Assembly: GCF_001194135.2 (NCBI RefSeq)
Contig: NC_068986.1
Location: 55,751,118-55,815,117, forward strand
DNA: 64,000 nt
Reading direction: 5' to 3'
From: Octopus bimaculoides
Taxonomy: Eukaryota
A program made the translations under genes and the position numbers. Position 1 is the stretch's first letter; every line of letters starts with the position of its first letter. A model generated the notes under the pieces. The model did not search any database. It had not been told where the DNA came from and was given only the letters and a program-made list of their open reading frames with translations. Below are positions 36,770-50,115 of the stretch, piece after piece.

Positions 36770-37197
36770 TTTTGAGGTGAGGCGGTTAGTCGTTACTATT
36801 GACCCCTAGTAATTGACTGAAACTTTATTTTATCTACCTCGAAAGGATGAAGGACAATGTTAACCTAGGACGGATTTGAACTCAGAACGAAAAGAACCGG
36901 AAACAAATACTGTAAAGATTTCTTCCGGAGATTTAACAACTTTGTTAATCCTCCTTCTCTCTAGCCAAGTGATTGCATCTGTTTCAAATTTTGGCTCAAG
37001 ACCAGCACGTTCGGAAAGGTGGTAAGTCAATTACATCGACTCCAGTGCTCAACTGGTACTTATTTTATCGACCCCAAAAGGATGAAAGGTGAAGTCGACT
37101 TCGGCGAAATCTGAACTTAAGAACGTAAAGACAAATGAAATGCCGCTAAGCATTTTGTCCGACGTGTTAACGATTCTGCTAGATCGCCGCCTTCCGC
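36770..37197 (-). mobile_element. Two tandem SINE family B copies
   Basis: Reverse complements of the family B body at about 36770-36960 and 36975-37197. Confidence 0.85.
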
Positions 37198-37809
37198 AAC
37201 TTAAAATAAAACGAGTTATCACCACTGTAACCTGTCTATGTTTCCAATATATACTTCAGCACTGTAAAGTCAAAGAAGACGCCTTTATATTATCATTTCA
37301 ACTGGTAGAAATAGCAACTTAATCTCCTTGAAATCACGCTTTACCGTCTTAAAAAGGAAGGAAGCACATAGAAAGCGGTCCTGAGAACGGATGGGGCTCG
37401 GTCCGTCACTAGCAAACAAGTAGGATTTGCTAGCAGGAGGGGCTATGCCTTCGTTTTCGTTGTATGTGCTTGTGTATTCACCAGCAGACATAATTATCCT
37501 CTCAGTACCCTACCATCACAACCTTGTTGCAGCAGACACTCAATGAGAAGGAGAATACGCTATATGGACCCTAGTATTCTGGTTGGTCGACCCAGGAAGG
37601 ACAAAAGGACATATCGCAAAGTATTTTGTTCGCTGTTCTAACAATTTTATCAGTTAGCAGTCTGGTGCCGGATGTATACGTCACCTGACAAAAGACGTGA
37701 CGGTCATGGCTTGAACGCATATGATCATGGATGTGTTATCTTAAGAATAGAGTTAGAGGTCATCAACAACGACAAAAATGGCAGCAGCAGTAACAACAAC
37801 AACAACAAG

Positions 37810-37958
37810 GGTACGTTTACGATAACTTTAACCCTGGCCAGTTGTCGACCATTTACGAAGCTCAAATATGGCGCACGTATAATGACACTGCCTCGCTGCA
37901 ACATATGGAAATATTCGAGAAACACTATTCGGAAGCAAATCGTTCGACTCCTTGGTAA
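37810..37958 (+). CDS. Weak candidate coding exon (GYVYDNFNPGQLSTIYEAQIWRTYNDTASLQHMEIFEKHYSEANRSTPW), product unknown
   Basis: Non-repetitive, CpG-rich patch; 49 open codons ending at TG|GTAAAT (donor-like) or a TAA stop; no polypyrimidine tract at the 5' side. Confidence 0.15.
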
Positions 37959-38265
37959 ATACTTAATAACAAGATATAACTCCTGGCTCGCAAATGTGCT
38001 GTTTCTTCTCTCTGCATCTCCTACCTGTAAATATTCTGTCACTGATGTATTTTGTGGATATTAGCTGTCATGAAGTGACTTGATGTTGTCGTCCTTGAGT
38101 CGTCTTCGTCGTTCGTTGTTGGTGTTATTTACTCCAAACATGACCATCCATTATATGTATATNNNNNNNNNNNNNNNNNNNNNNNNNNNNNNNNNNNNNN
38201 NNNNNNNNNNNNNNNNNNNNNNNNNNNNNNNNNNNNNNNNNNNNNNNNNNNNNNNNNNNNNNNNN

Positions 38266-38297
<32 letters not shown>

Positions 38298-38336
38298 TCA
38301 CACGCACATACGCTCACACATATATAGACACACATA

Positions 38337-38522
38337 CGAGGTCTGATCAATAAGTAACGAAACTAAAGCACGCAGAGTAAACAACGGAAGTAAGTTAGAC
38401 AGTTAAAACTTAGTGCACATGCACAGCAGAGTTGAAGGTCAATCCGTGCCAAGCGGCTTCATTCTGCGTTCTTTAGCTTCATTACTATGACAACAGTTCG
38501 GATACTTATTGATCAGACCACG
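38337..38522. mobile_element. Mariner-type MITE (186 bp)
   Basis: TA then CGAGGTCTGATCAATAAGTA (38337-38356); the right end TACTTATTGATCAGACCACG (38503-38522) is its reverse complement with 1 mismatch. Confidence 0.8.
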
Positions 38523-40419
38523 CATAATACATGCAAAAACACATACAAGTATGTATAATCTAACTGTGCTTGTGTATGTATTTAAATGTCTGTGTGTTTG
38601 TTTCTAAGTATATATGCATGTACTAACGAATGTGTTCATGTGCGTACAGATATATATTCGCCCTAAAGAAACGGGGTAGTCACAGCTGCAATGCGTTTGA
38701 TTATAAGGCTTCTCGATCAGTGCTGTTATGATAAGGTAGTGTCAGATAACCTCTACAAAGACGAGAGGGTCACGGTGAGAACGCTTACTTCTGGCAGGTC
38801 TATTTAATCAGGGTTTCCAAGGGGGTGGCTTTTAACCACCATGAACAACAACATAATAATTCATCAAGATAAGACGATGTCGGTTAGAACTTAGCTCTTT
38901 CATATTGCGTATATTAACGTAGTTTTTTTTTCTTTTTGCAGAGTTCAGCACACTGAAAAGTTTTGATCTAAGATAAACCTTGGAATATTATACATAACTA
39001 ATTTTCTTTTAACCTTCTCCCTCTCTCCCCACTCCTTGGAGATGTTAACGATCGGATAGAATCTCCTGATCGGACAGAATCTCCCGATCCGTCTGATAGG
39101 TATAAAGTGTATGGAAAAATCGAAAGAAATGCTTTATAAGGCTAGGATGTCGTATTATGTGATATAACGAGTTGAAAAATTTCGATTAACTGAAGTTATC
39201 ATTGCAATAAATCGGCAAAAACATTTTAAGTCTAAAGTTAAAAAAAACCCCCAGATATCAAGAGAGATAACTCTGATAAGATCAGCAAACTGCCAGAAAA
39301 ACAGTAAATAGGCAAGTCTAGGTGTTTGGATATTCGTTTGTATGTGTGTGTACTCTAGTCATCTTTTAATAGCACCGACTGAACTCTTTATTGTACTTGA
39401 AAATTATCTATATCTTTTTCTTTTTCGAAATTCCTTTGTCTTTCATCTTTTCATTTAATTTTATACATATATTTTTTACCATTTCTCTTCCTGCATGTAG
39501 ATATTTATATATCCGTGAACGTATGTATGTATGCATGTATGTATGTATGTATGTATGTATGTATGTATGTATGTGTGTACGTGTGTATGTATGCACATAT
39601 GTATATATATATTTATGTAAGTACCAATATGTATACGTATGTATATNNNNNNNNNNNNNNNNNNNNNNNNNNNNNNNNNNNNNNNNNNNNNNNNNNNNNN
39701 NNNNNNNNNNNNNNNNNNNNNNNNNNNNNNNNNNNNNNNNNNNNNNNNNNNNNNNNNNNNNNNNNNNNNNNNNNNNNNNNNNNNNNNNNNNNNNNNNNNN
39801 NNNNNNNNNNNNNNNNNNNNNNNNNNNNNNNNNNNNNNNNNNNNNNNNNNNNNNNNNNNNNNNNNNNNNNNNNNNNNNNNNNNNNNNNNNNNNNNNNNNN
39901 NNNNNNNNNNNNNNNNNNNNNNNNNNNNNNNNNNNNNNNNNNNNNNNNNNNNNNNNNNATATATGTACGCACGTCTACATATCTATTTGCCTACATACCA
40001 ATATACCGTATCTATATATCAACCTACCTACCTACCTACCTACCTACCTACCTACCTACCTACCTACCTACCTGCATGCATGCATACATACATACATACA
40101 TACATACATACCCACTAAAGTTTTTACCTTAAAGTTTCTTCAGCTGTTGCCACGTCTGTGGAATTGTTTATATTGTTATAGTTCATTGCCAGAAAGAATC
40201 AATCAATGACCGACTTAACTATTTGCAGTGGCCACCTTTAACGTAAATACTACAAATAAGAAATAAGAAACTACCTCTTCCTTTTATTCTTCTCCGTATT
40301 TTCACTCTCTTACTTTTTCTCTCACCTTATCTCTAATACACACCACCTACCTACCTACCTATATTCATTCATACATACATACATACATACATACATTGGA
40401 GCTGCGATAGATACATTAC

Positions 40420-41045
40420 ATTCCACCTAGAAAGATATGCCTTAGTTATTCAGTAACAGGAGATAACTACTAAATACCTGATAAACAAAAGGGACAAAGA
40501 TGCCATCAAACCTCCACGTTGTGATAAAAAATGTCGGTTCTGTTATATCGTTGGGGAAGATATCACCCATATTATCAGCATATTTCCCAAAATATCTACG
40601 AGATACTCCTTGCCCCTGAGGAATGATATAATTACAAGACTATTTACGTATACACCAAAGGCATGTCAAATTCAGCAGGTAGTCACTCCTTTAAAAACAA
40701 GGAATACTGGTGGAAACACTAATAAAAACATCTCGGTGCAAACACAACAGCCCTGGTAATGTTCTCTGGGACAGGGAACAAATGTCATACAGTATTGTAG
40801 AGGTCCGCTGTCCAGCGGATGTGAATGTACAATCAAAAGCCCAGGAAATAGAGACCATTTATGACAAATTAATGCGGAACTTACAACTCTTGTACCCTGA
40901 CTATGAATTCTTGTTTGTACCTATCATCATAGGTGCATTATGTTATGTACCGACAAGTTTGCACAAAAGCCTAGAAATACTCGGTTTCACAGAAAAGGGC
41001 AACTCCAATCTATTAGTGGCACAGTGAAGATTTCTAAAACATTCT
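40420..41045 (+). mobile_element. R4/Dong-type LINE relic (same subfamily as 8.5-9.7 kb)
   Basis: EITTKYLINKRDK..CDKKCRFCYIVGEDITHIISI.PKISTRY; KHNSP..VLWDRE..IVEVRCPADVNV; LYPDYEFLFVPIIIGAL.YVPTSLHKSLE. Confidence 0.85.
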
Positions 41046-41819
41046 AAAAATTTTCCATAGAGATTCTTATGTGAATAGATGCACACATTTGAGTGTATGC
41101 ATCAACAGTTCAACCAACACACAAACTCAACCACATATTTACAAACATCGAGAACTTTCTTTACTAAAAAAATCTTGTCGCTTTGTTAGCAACCAGCTTG
41201 AACTCTCTCAAGAAGAACTTAAATTAAGACTATTTACAAACATACATATAGATAGATAGATACATACATACATACATACATGTGTCTGTGTGTTTATATG
41301 TGTACGTCTGTATGTATATATGCACAAAAATACACACTCTCATGCACATATGTATGTACATATATATGGGGAGAAAGAGTAGGATTGCACAAAAGTTGTG
41401 GACTGAGTAGGAGGTTAGCAAGTTTTTTGCAACCGATCTGGAAAAAGAAGTATGAACCTTAATTCTGAAGACTTGCTGTGGGCTGTTTTGGCCCTAAGGA
41501 AGAAAACTCAGCAAGGCTTGACAGTTTCGAGAACTCTCTCAGTTAGATATCGACGGGAAGACTTTTGATGCTTCATTGCCAAAGATTAGTAGCATATTTA
41601 CTGGCCAGTGAGTGTATCGTCACAAGTGTCCAGCGAGGGGAAGTTTCAGTATCGCGCAAAAAGTAAAAAATAGTACCTCGATACATGTAAATATGTATAT
41701 AAGAACGAACTGATAACTAGAGCATATTAATGTGTGAAGTTGATATAGTATAAAAAGGCATACGCAGGTCCACAAAAAAGTCATATATATATATATATAC
41801 AGAATTCGGTGTATACTCA

Positions 41820-41856
41820 AAGCAATGACTAGTAATATTACGAAACCGGTATGCTT
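41820..41856 (+). ncRNA. Minimal type I hammerhead motif with A3-U8 covariant core
   Basis: AAGCA-ATGACTA-GTAATATTAC-GAAAC-CG-GTA-TGCTT: stem I 5 bp perfect, stem II self-complementary, stem III palindrome ACCGGT; core positions 3/8 are A/U instead of C/G. Confidence 0.65.
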
Positions 41857-42599
41857 GTAAATCTCTTTAACAACTCACAATAAGTACTTTTATTACCTTT
41901 ATTCCTACCTCAGGTCATCTAATTGTATATATATATATATAGTTACTTTTCATAAAAAGCCTTACCTTCTTTTTGATTCCAATGTGCATTTTCTCTTATT
42001 TTTCTGCTTACTTTCCCCTTACATTTCTACGTGTAGTTTCTATTTTGTTTTTTTTTAACATATTTCTATTATNNNNNNNNNNNNNNNNNNNNNNNNNNNN
42101 NNNNNNNNNNNNNNNNNNNNNNNNNNNNNNNNNNNNNNNNNNNNNNNNNNNNNNNNNNNNNNNNNNNNNNNNNNNNNNNNNNNNNNNNNNNNNNNNNNNN
42201 NNNNNNNNNNNNNNNNNNNNNNNNNNNNNNNNNNNNNNNNNNNNNNNNNNNNNNNNNNNNNNNNNNNNNNNNNNNNNNNNNNNNNNNNNNNNNNNNNNNN
42301 NNNNNNNNNNNNNNNNNNNNNNNNNNNNNNNNNNNNNNNNNNNNNNNNNNNNNNNNNNNNNNNNNNNNNNNNNNNNNNNNNNNNNNNNNNNNNNNNNNNN
42401 NNNNNNNNNNNNNNNNNNNNNNNNNNNNNNNNNNNNNNNNNNNNNNNNNNNNNNNNNNNNNNNNNNNNNNNNNNNNNNNNNNNNNNNNNNNNNNNNNNNN
42501 NNNNNNNNNNNNNNNNNNNNNNNNAATAAGTTGAAAAACTTAAGAAATATTAGGTTTTCTTAATAAAGCATACTTCTATAAGAGAAACACATTTTTATT

Positions 42600-43020
42600 G
42601 ACAAGAATAATTTCTGTAGAACCAAAAACATAATGTGAACACTGAAAACTGAATATTGAACATTATTTTTGCATACGAGAAGATTTAGTGGCAGTTGGGG
42701 ATGTTTTACGGTTTTCGGTAACGATCTGTAAAAAAATTGTTTCTCCATTTCATCTTTTGTGAGAATGTTATTGTAATCCTAAATCAGTTTGACATCTCTT
42801 TCTGCAACATCATTCACAACAACTGTCTTCTCAAGTTTTTCAAGTCCACTTTTGTTACTAGGATCATCCTTCTATGTTGAAGGGTCTTTGTCAAAGAAAT
42901 CGGTGCTGATAGAAAATCTCGTGAATAAAGTTTTTGTACCAGGAATTACAAAAGACGAAAATTCGATGTTTGTAAAGGAGGAAAAGTCGTTTTGGTGCAG
43001 AATGTACCACTTTAGCTGAT
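42600..43020 (-). mobile_element. DNA-transposase C-terminal relic (hAT-like, possibly hATm-type)
   Basis: Minus strand: FFDKDPST*KDDPS...LEKTVVVNDVAERDVKLI*DYNNILTKDEW.KQFFYRSLPK; the 'VVNDxAERG' motif is recognised from memory, so the superfamily is uncertain. Confidence 0.6.
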
Positions 43021-43193
43021 TTTTTATTGTTATTATTACTATATTTATCCTAGATTATATCGGTACAGCTCGGTGCAACTAAAAAAAACAAACAAAAAAA
43101 ACTGGTTCACCAGTCAGCATCATTATACTGTAGTCGGCAAAATGGAATAGGAGCTTTATTTGCATACTTAAAACATTTCCAGTAAACAAATTT

Positions 43194-43235
<42 letters not shown>

Positions 43236-44587
43236 AATATTACTAGTTGTTATGTAAGTAATAAAACCTATGTAATAGCATAATAATTGCAATTAAAAGT
43301 GAGATTTTACATTTTATATTTTTCGCATTACCGCCTTTTGAAGAGATATGAGTCATGTTGAAATACGGTAACAGGTAATTCGGAGTCTCGGCAGTGTATA
43401 ATTTGTCATAATTACTGTTATATTGTACACACAAACATATACATACATACATACATACATACATACATACATACATACATACATACATACATACGTATAT
43501 ATATATATATATATATGTATGCATATTATGTGTACGTATATACATACACACACACACACACATACATACACATACGGTCACACACATGCACACACACTAC
43601 GTACAAACGTATATACATGCTCACTCAAACCTATATAAACATGTTAATGTGCAACAAAAAATAAAAAAAATATTTGGCATCTTCTCTCGCTAATTTTTAC
43701 ATAACATTTTGTAAACTGTTCTTTAGTGGAAATACCAGCCTCCTGCGTTTCTTAATAGCTATCCCATAATACATAAACCGTATGTCAGATACTTTATATT
43801 GCTTTTGTTTCGGATTTCAGAAAGAAGAAAAGACGTTCTCTTGTGTTCTTCAATTACCATATAGATTGACATAGCAGACAAGTATAATGAAAAATATATG
43901 CACATGTATGTGTGTGTGTTTTTGTGTGTTTCTGTGTGTACATATATGTGTATGTATATATGGTAAAAAAGATAGAAGCGTCGAGGTATGCTGTATACCA
44001 GCCTTGAACTATTTTCCCTCAACAGCAAGATTTAAACGTCTTTGCTACACTAGGTCACGCTGAACACATTACTTAAACAGACACTTATTTAAGAGATTTA
44101 GTTTGCATCCGTTAGTTTGATGAGAAAAGTACGGTTTAAATGGTGTTTCTGGATAATTTAGTCTCTAGATAATTCATGCAACATTAATGTACATTGACTT
44201 CGTGATTTTCCTATCGCTACTTCAGTAAGTACTGCGAAATCTATACGTCGCTGATAAAATCATGTAAGACAGAAATAGGCCAAGAGTCTTCTCCCAACCT
44301 TGGCGAATTAATTAAAATGATATTTGTCACTGATTGATACTGATACTACTTATCGCATAATTATTTCTAGTTGGTTTTCTAATTGCCCCTGCATTGAATA
44401 TGCTAATTCTAATATAACCATTGTTAGCCTTAGAATTATTTACTTTATGAATTATATCTAAAGCAAGCTCTTGAACACAGCAGACTGAATGGAGCAACAG
44501 AAGCTACAACATTGGCTTCACGGGCGCCGGTAACATTGCTAGACACATTTAAAGGGAACAACTACAATACCTATAACCACACATGCG

Positions 44588-44629
<42 letters not shown>

Positions 44630-44862
44630 TTATATATGTATCTGTGTCTGTCCTATGTGTACGTTTTTTAATATTGAATGCATTTTGTTAATAGTAAAAT
44701 TCTATATATTTTTTGCGACTCTATCTTCTTTTTTTCCCTCTTGTCCTCATATCCTTTTCCAGCATTCCAGCATTCCAACTTCCACTCTTCCTCTCTCTCA
44801 CCCTATCACTCGTAATTGTCGACTTTCTCCCTTCCTTCCATTTTCTCTCTGCTGCTGCTGCT

Positions 44863-44938
<76 letters not shown>

Positions 44939-45004
44939 TCTCCCTCATCCTCCTTCCCCTCTATCTACTGCCCACACGTGCCTTTCGCCACCAGACGCTT
45001 AGCT

Positions 45005-45235
45005 TGCCGGTCAATATCTATCTGGCAGAAACGTTAGCACGCCGGGCGAAATGCTTAGCAGTATTTCGTCTGTCTTTTTGTTCTGATTCCAAATTCCGCC
45101 GAGGTCGACTTTGCCTTTCATCCATTCGGGGTCGATAAATTAAGTACCAGATGTGTACTGGGGTCGATCTAATCGAATGGCCCCGTCTCCCAAAATTTCG
45201 GGCCTTGTGACTAGAGTTGAAAAGAATATCTATCT
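45005..45235 (+). mobile_element. SINE family B, well preserved
   Basis: ctggcagaaacgttagcacgccgggcgaaatgcttagcagtatttcgtc..ccgccgaggtcgactttgcctttcatccattcggggtcgataaattaagtaccag..; head interrupted near 45010. Confidence 0.92.
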
Positions 45236-45388
45236 CTTCTCTTGCTATTTCGCTTTCTATATCAATTCAGAATTTCTTCCAGGCGTTAGCCATTATTCTC
45301 GTCTGTTTGGCCGAAAGACCGTATTTATTCCGTCTTCCTTAATCGTTTAAATTACATTTTTTAAAAACTTTCATACGTCCACTCTGTA

Positions 45389-45619
45389 TCCTTTTGTTTG
45401 TTCGAGCCCTAATTCTCTGCAAATTTTGTGGGTACCGCCGATAATGCGAAGTTTTCAGGCTTATCATTTATAGGCATGAAACTGTGTATTAACATATCGG
45501 TTGATAACTGAAGAAGAATTAGGGTCCTTCCGTGTCTGTCCTATGTATACGATTTTTAGTATTTAATGCATTTTTCATTTATTGAGTAACTGAACGCCAC
45601 GCATCCCGACTTTTGTTAA

Positions 45620-45623
<4 letters not shown>
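45389..45623 (-). mobile_element. Unclassified interspersed repeat D (copy 1)
   Basis: Reverse complement of 56589-56820 (gtagttaacaaaagtcgggatgcgtgg..); partial third copy at about 44640-44700. Strand is arbitrary, relative to copy 2. Confidence 0.75.
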
Positions 45624-45677
<54 letters not shown>

Positions 45678-45681
45678 GCGC

Positions 45682-45717
<36 letters not shown>

Positions 45718-45854
45718 CCTCGTGTTCATTTTGGTTGAAGAGGGTAGGCTAGAAACGTAACAGACTTACTCACCTTCCCTAGCGTCAAACTAATACACAT
45801 GCTTGTTGTTTATACACCGGTCTTCGTCTTTTGTTTTTCTGTAAATTTCAACTT

Positions 45855-46510
45855 ATAGGCGTGACTGTGTGGTAAGAAATTGCTTCTCAATCACATGGTT
45901 CTGGGTTCAGTTCCACCATGTGGCAACTTTAGCAAGTGTCTTCTACTATATCCTTGGGCCAACCAACGCCTTGTGATTGGATTAGGTAGACGGAAACTGA
46001 AAGAAGCTCGTCGTTTATATATATATATCCCTCTCACATCACTGACTCCTTTACCTGCACTTCTAGTAACGTCATTTACTGCATCTCCTACTCTTTCTCC
46101 TCTTCCCTGTACATTGGTCAAACGGGACGCCGCTGGTCTGACCGGCGTGTGTGTTTGTGTATGTATATGTATATATATATAATTATATATATATATACAT
46201 ATATACATATATATAAACATATACATATATGTATATAAGACATATATACGTATATATGTATATATAAGTATATACATACACACACAAATGTGTGTGTCTT
46301 TATGTCTGTGTGTTTGTCCCTCCCCCTACCAATTGACAACAGGTGCTAGTATATTTACGTCTCCGTAACCTAGCAGTTCGGCATAAGAGACCGATAGAAT
46401 AAGTACCAGGCCTTAAGAAAAAATAGATACATTCAACCAAAAATTCTTCAAGAGTTGCCCCAGCCTGGCCGCAGTCTAATGACTGAAACAAGTTAAAGAT
46501 AAAAGAAAAG
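45855..46510 (+). mobile_element. SINE family A with expanded internal (TA)n region
   Basis: Head at 45855, body to gaaactgaaagaagctcgtcg at about 46010, microsatellite, then 3' part ending gaaacaagttaaagataaaaga. Confidence 0.9.
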
Positions 46511-47855
46511 ATGCAGAAACGTAGCAAAGCTGCTCTGCATACGGCAGACGATAGATTTTCAGTAAATTAGTTCGTAACTCAGTTCCCGGACAAGCATAGA
46601 CTAAGGTTTAGTATTTAATGTCTGGATTGTTGCCAAACGTTCCCATTCCTTCATAAGTGAAATAATGCAGCGGGTGGATCACAAAACTTTATTTTCTATC
46701 ATTTTATAGAGTATTAGTGATCTAGAATATGACACGAGACATATGTGTTGTAGACGTCATCGGAAGTATTTTAAGGAGTCTCTTCCGGAAGGCTCTCAGG
46801 TCAGAGATTATGGCGAGCGTATTCTTAACTTTCAATATTCGTTGGTAGAGTAAAGGTCGAACCGCTGTTATCCGATACAACTTTCAATTTAGTTCAACGG
46901 CTTTCTTCACGCCACTTTCATTTGACAACGTAAGGCAACTGGAAAAGGTGTTTGCTTTAGTAATCAAGGTTATTCAGGATATTCGATGTTTCCTGGCTAA
47001 GCAAAGAAGACATTTCTCCTTTGGAGGTTGCACACGAACGTACACAGCGCGCGCGCAGATGCCTCTGTGTGTGTGTGTGAGTATGTTGATGTGTGTGTAT
47101 TGATGTGTATGTGTTGATGAGTTGATGTGTGTGTTGATATGTGTGTATTGATGTGTTGATGTGTGTATGTGTGTTTGCTGGTGTGTGTGAATACTGTATG
47201 TGTATGTATCTCTTTTGCCGGTTTATATTGGCGTTGGATATAAACATCGGCAAAAACAAAACAAAACAGAAAGCAAAAAAATTCCCTAGAAAACCGGTGA
47301 TTTTCAAACGAAGCCCTTTGACATCGTGTTACAGATCGTCTCTTATCTCTCCCGTTTTATAAAACGGAGAACCAGTGACTACCGGTCTGTCGGAAAGCTG
47401 TAACTAACGATGCTTACTGTTCACAAACTCCATCATAAAATAAATAAATAAATGACAAAGTAAAGTAACTGCGGCAATAAAGTAATTAAACAATAAGCTA
47501 ATGTTAGCTGCAGGCTATATATACTGTGAAAAATCAAGGAACAATAGACTCCTTTTCCGGTTTTCCAGTTATTATAATGAGAGTGCTGATTCACAGACAT
47601 GACAGGGTTAGGTAATGTTCCCCGGGCAAAATGCCGACACTTTCATAGTAAAACAGAAAATAGCTATTATTATAAACACACTAATTTCAGAAGGGGTTAT
47701 TGTTATAACAGTCGTTACTGTTGTTGCTGTTGATGTTGATCTCAGGGGTCATCCGTTATCGTATAAACCTATGATAAATTGCATTCCAGCCATGGCCATC
47801 ACGTTATATTTTATTTAGTTTATTATTATTATCATCATCATCATCATCATCATCA

Positions 47856-47916
<61 letters not shown>

Positions 47917-47924
47917 GTGTATTA

Positions 47925-48300
47925 CGTGGCTAGGTAGGACGGTTAAAGCGCCAGACAAAATAAAATGCCAAGTGGTATTTGTTCCACCTCTTTACACTCT
48001 AAGTTCAAATGCCAACAAGGTCATCTTTGCCTTTCATCCTTTCTAGATCGATAAAACCTAAGTACTAGTAAAGCATATGAGTCGTAATATGGGGAAAATT
48101 TAAGGTAGCCAGCTGGCAAATTCATTACTGTGTCGGACAAAATGCGGCATTTTTTCCGATTTTACGTTCTGAGTTCATATTCCACTGGGGTCGATTTTGC
48201 TTTTCATCCTTTTGAGGGCAATAAAATAAGTACCACTTGAACGTAATCGACTTAACCCCTCCCCTAAAATTGCTGGCCTTGAGCCAAAATTTGAAACCAT
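47925..48300 (+). mobile_element. Two tandem degraded SINE family B copies
   Basis: Family B motifs at about 47925-48075 and 48095-48300. Confidence 0.8.
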
Positions 48301-48374
48301 TATGAGAGAAATTTGGTTACAGTATCTAGCAAGTCTGTGAACTGAACTATGTTGAGGGAACCTTGTTGTCATGA

Positions 48375-48700
48375 TGCCTAGTTCCAAGATACATCTCACG
48401 GATTCTCTTGTATGCATCAGCAGCGATGTTTCTGGGGTCCCAAGGAGTTCTATGTCTTTCAATATCAGATCCCCTTCACCCAAGTGATCCATATGGGACT
48501 GATCCGAATCGAGCTTCCGTCTCAGTGGCCACAAACCTCCGGTCTCCTCTTTAAATCCTGAGTAGCAAGTGACCTTCTCTACAGCTTCAGTAATGGAATT
48601 TGCGGGCCTCCTCTTTGCTGCACCTGTAAGTCTAATCCCAGCCAAAGCTTTGCAGACTGAACACTCTGCAAACCCCTACTTGTATTGCCTTGCAACGTTG
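48375..48700 (-). mobile_element. HERO-like (RLE) LINE 3' end
   Basis: Minus strand: IQVGFAECSVCKALAGIRLTGAAKRRPANSITEAVEK resembles the RLE C-terminus 'EVGCRGFA..KRRAI..TEAAEKAS', followed by a 3' UTR ending ..gagatgt. Clade assignment from memory. Confidence 0.65.
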
Positions 48701-49109
48701 ACATCAAATTTTTGTACGTGAGCAGAAATTATATTCTATCACCTGTCCACATTCTCAATCATCTATCCAGATTCTGTGTCACTTGTCCATACAAATGGCT
48801 ATCTATCTTTAAGGTTCCGTGGCACATTGATGAAAAAATATAAAACTGAAAAAGTATTGACGCTATGGTTAGTTCAAATTAAAAATGCAGAAAATAATAT
48901 TCATTAAAAAACACAAGAAAAAAAACTATTGATTATCTTCTTTTATTAATCAGATATATGTACAATAAATAATGAAAAATATATTTTTTTCAAAACGCGC
49001 TCAAGTATAAAGATGGTTTATGCGAAGATGAAATATATCTTTAAGAACCGTGGTTTACTATGATTACCTTGTGTGGCTCAACGTAAAAACAACCCGCTGA
49101 TCCAGACTG

Positions 49110-49267
49110 TCACAGAGAGAGACAGGGGAGAGAGGGAGAGAGAGACAGAAAAAGAGAGAAAGTGCTATACATACGCATACATGTATATATACTCACACAG
49201 ACACGTACATATATAATGCATATGGACGTGTATATATATATATATACATGTATAATACATATGTATG

Positions 49268-49299
<32 letters not shown>

Positions 49300-49308
49300 A
49301 TGCATATG

Positions 49309-49361
<53 letters not shown>

Positions 49362-49632
49362 ATATATATATACACACACACATATACACACACACACATA
49401 TATATACACACACACACGCACACATATATATACATCTATACATATATGTATATATATACACACACACATACACATGTATATATATGTGTATGTGTGTGTG
49501 TGTGCGTGAGTGTGTGTGTACGTGAGATCAAGCCAATCTGATATCATAATCAAAGGCAAAGTGAAAGAGAAAGTAAATACGTGCAGTTTGTTAGACAACG
49601 ACAACAACAACAACGACGACGACGACGACGAC

Positions 49633-49704
<72 letters not shown>

Positions 49705-49785
49705 TAGAAGAAGAAGAAGAAGAAGAAGAAGAAGAAGAAGAAGAAGAAGAAGAAGAAGAAGAAGAAGAAGAAGAAGAAGAAGGTA
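49110..49785. repeat. Compound microsatellite block (GA, TA, CA, GAC, AAT, GAA)
   Basis: Direct inspection. Confidence 0.95.
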
Positions 49786-50064
49786 AACCTGCCTAAGTGT
49801 TGGGACACATTAATATTCCTATAATGCATTGAATAGAATTGTAATAGGAGACAGGTAGACATGACAGTACTAATAAAAAGAAAAAAAGAAACAACATGAA
49901 ATAAAAAAAATAACAATAAAACAACGGAAAAGTAACTCCAGATGACGAAATCGCATCTCAGTAAATTACCTGTAACCCAGATTCTCACAAACATACGCAA
50001 AAAACCAATATTTTTCTTGTCTAAGATGTACCTGGTGGAAAAGGTACAAAAACCACAGCAAAAT

Positions 50065-50069
50065 CATGG

Positions 50070-50115
<46 letters not shown>

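Noticed and set aside
41515-41550. Minus-strand CTGAGAGA..GAAACTGTC; similar weak strings at about 43335-43375 (+) and 45728-45755 (+)
   Set aside because: Core spacing or stems are too degraded to call individually; mentioned only as weaker members of the hammerhead set.
47213-47255. Hairpin as candidate pre-miRNA
   Set aside because: The ~17-bp stem is too short for a canonical precursor.
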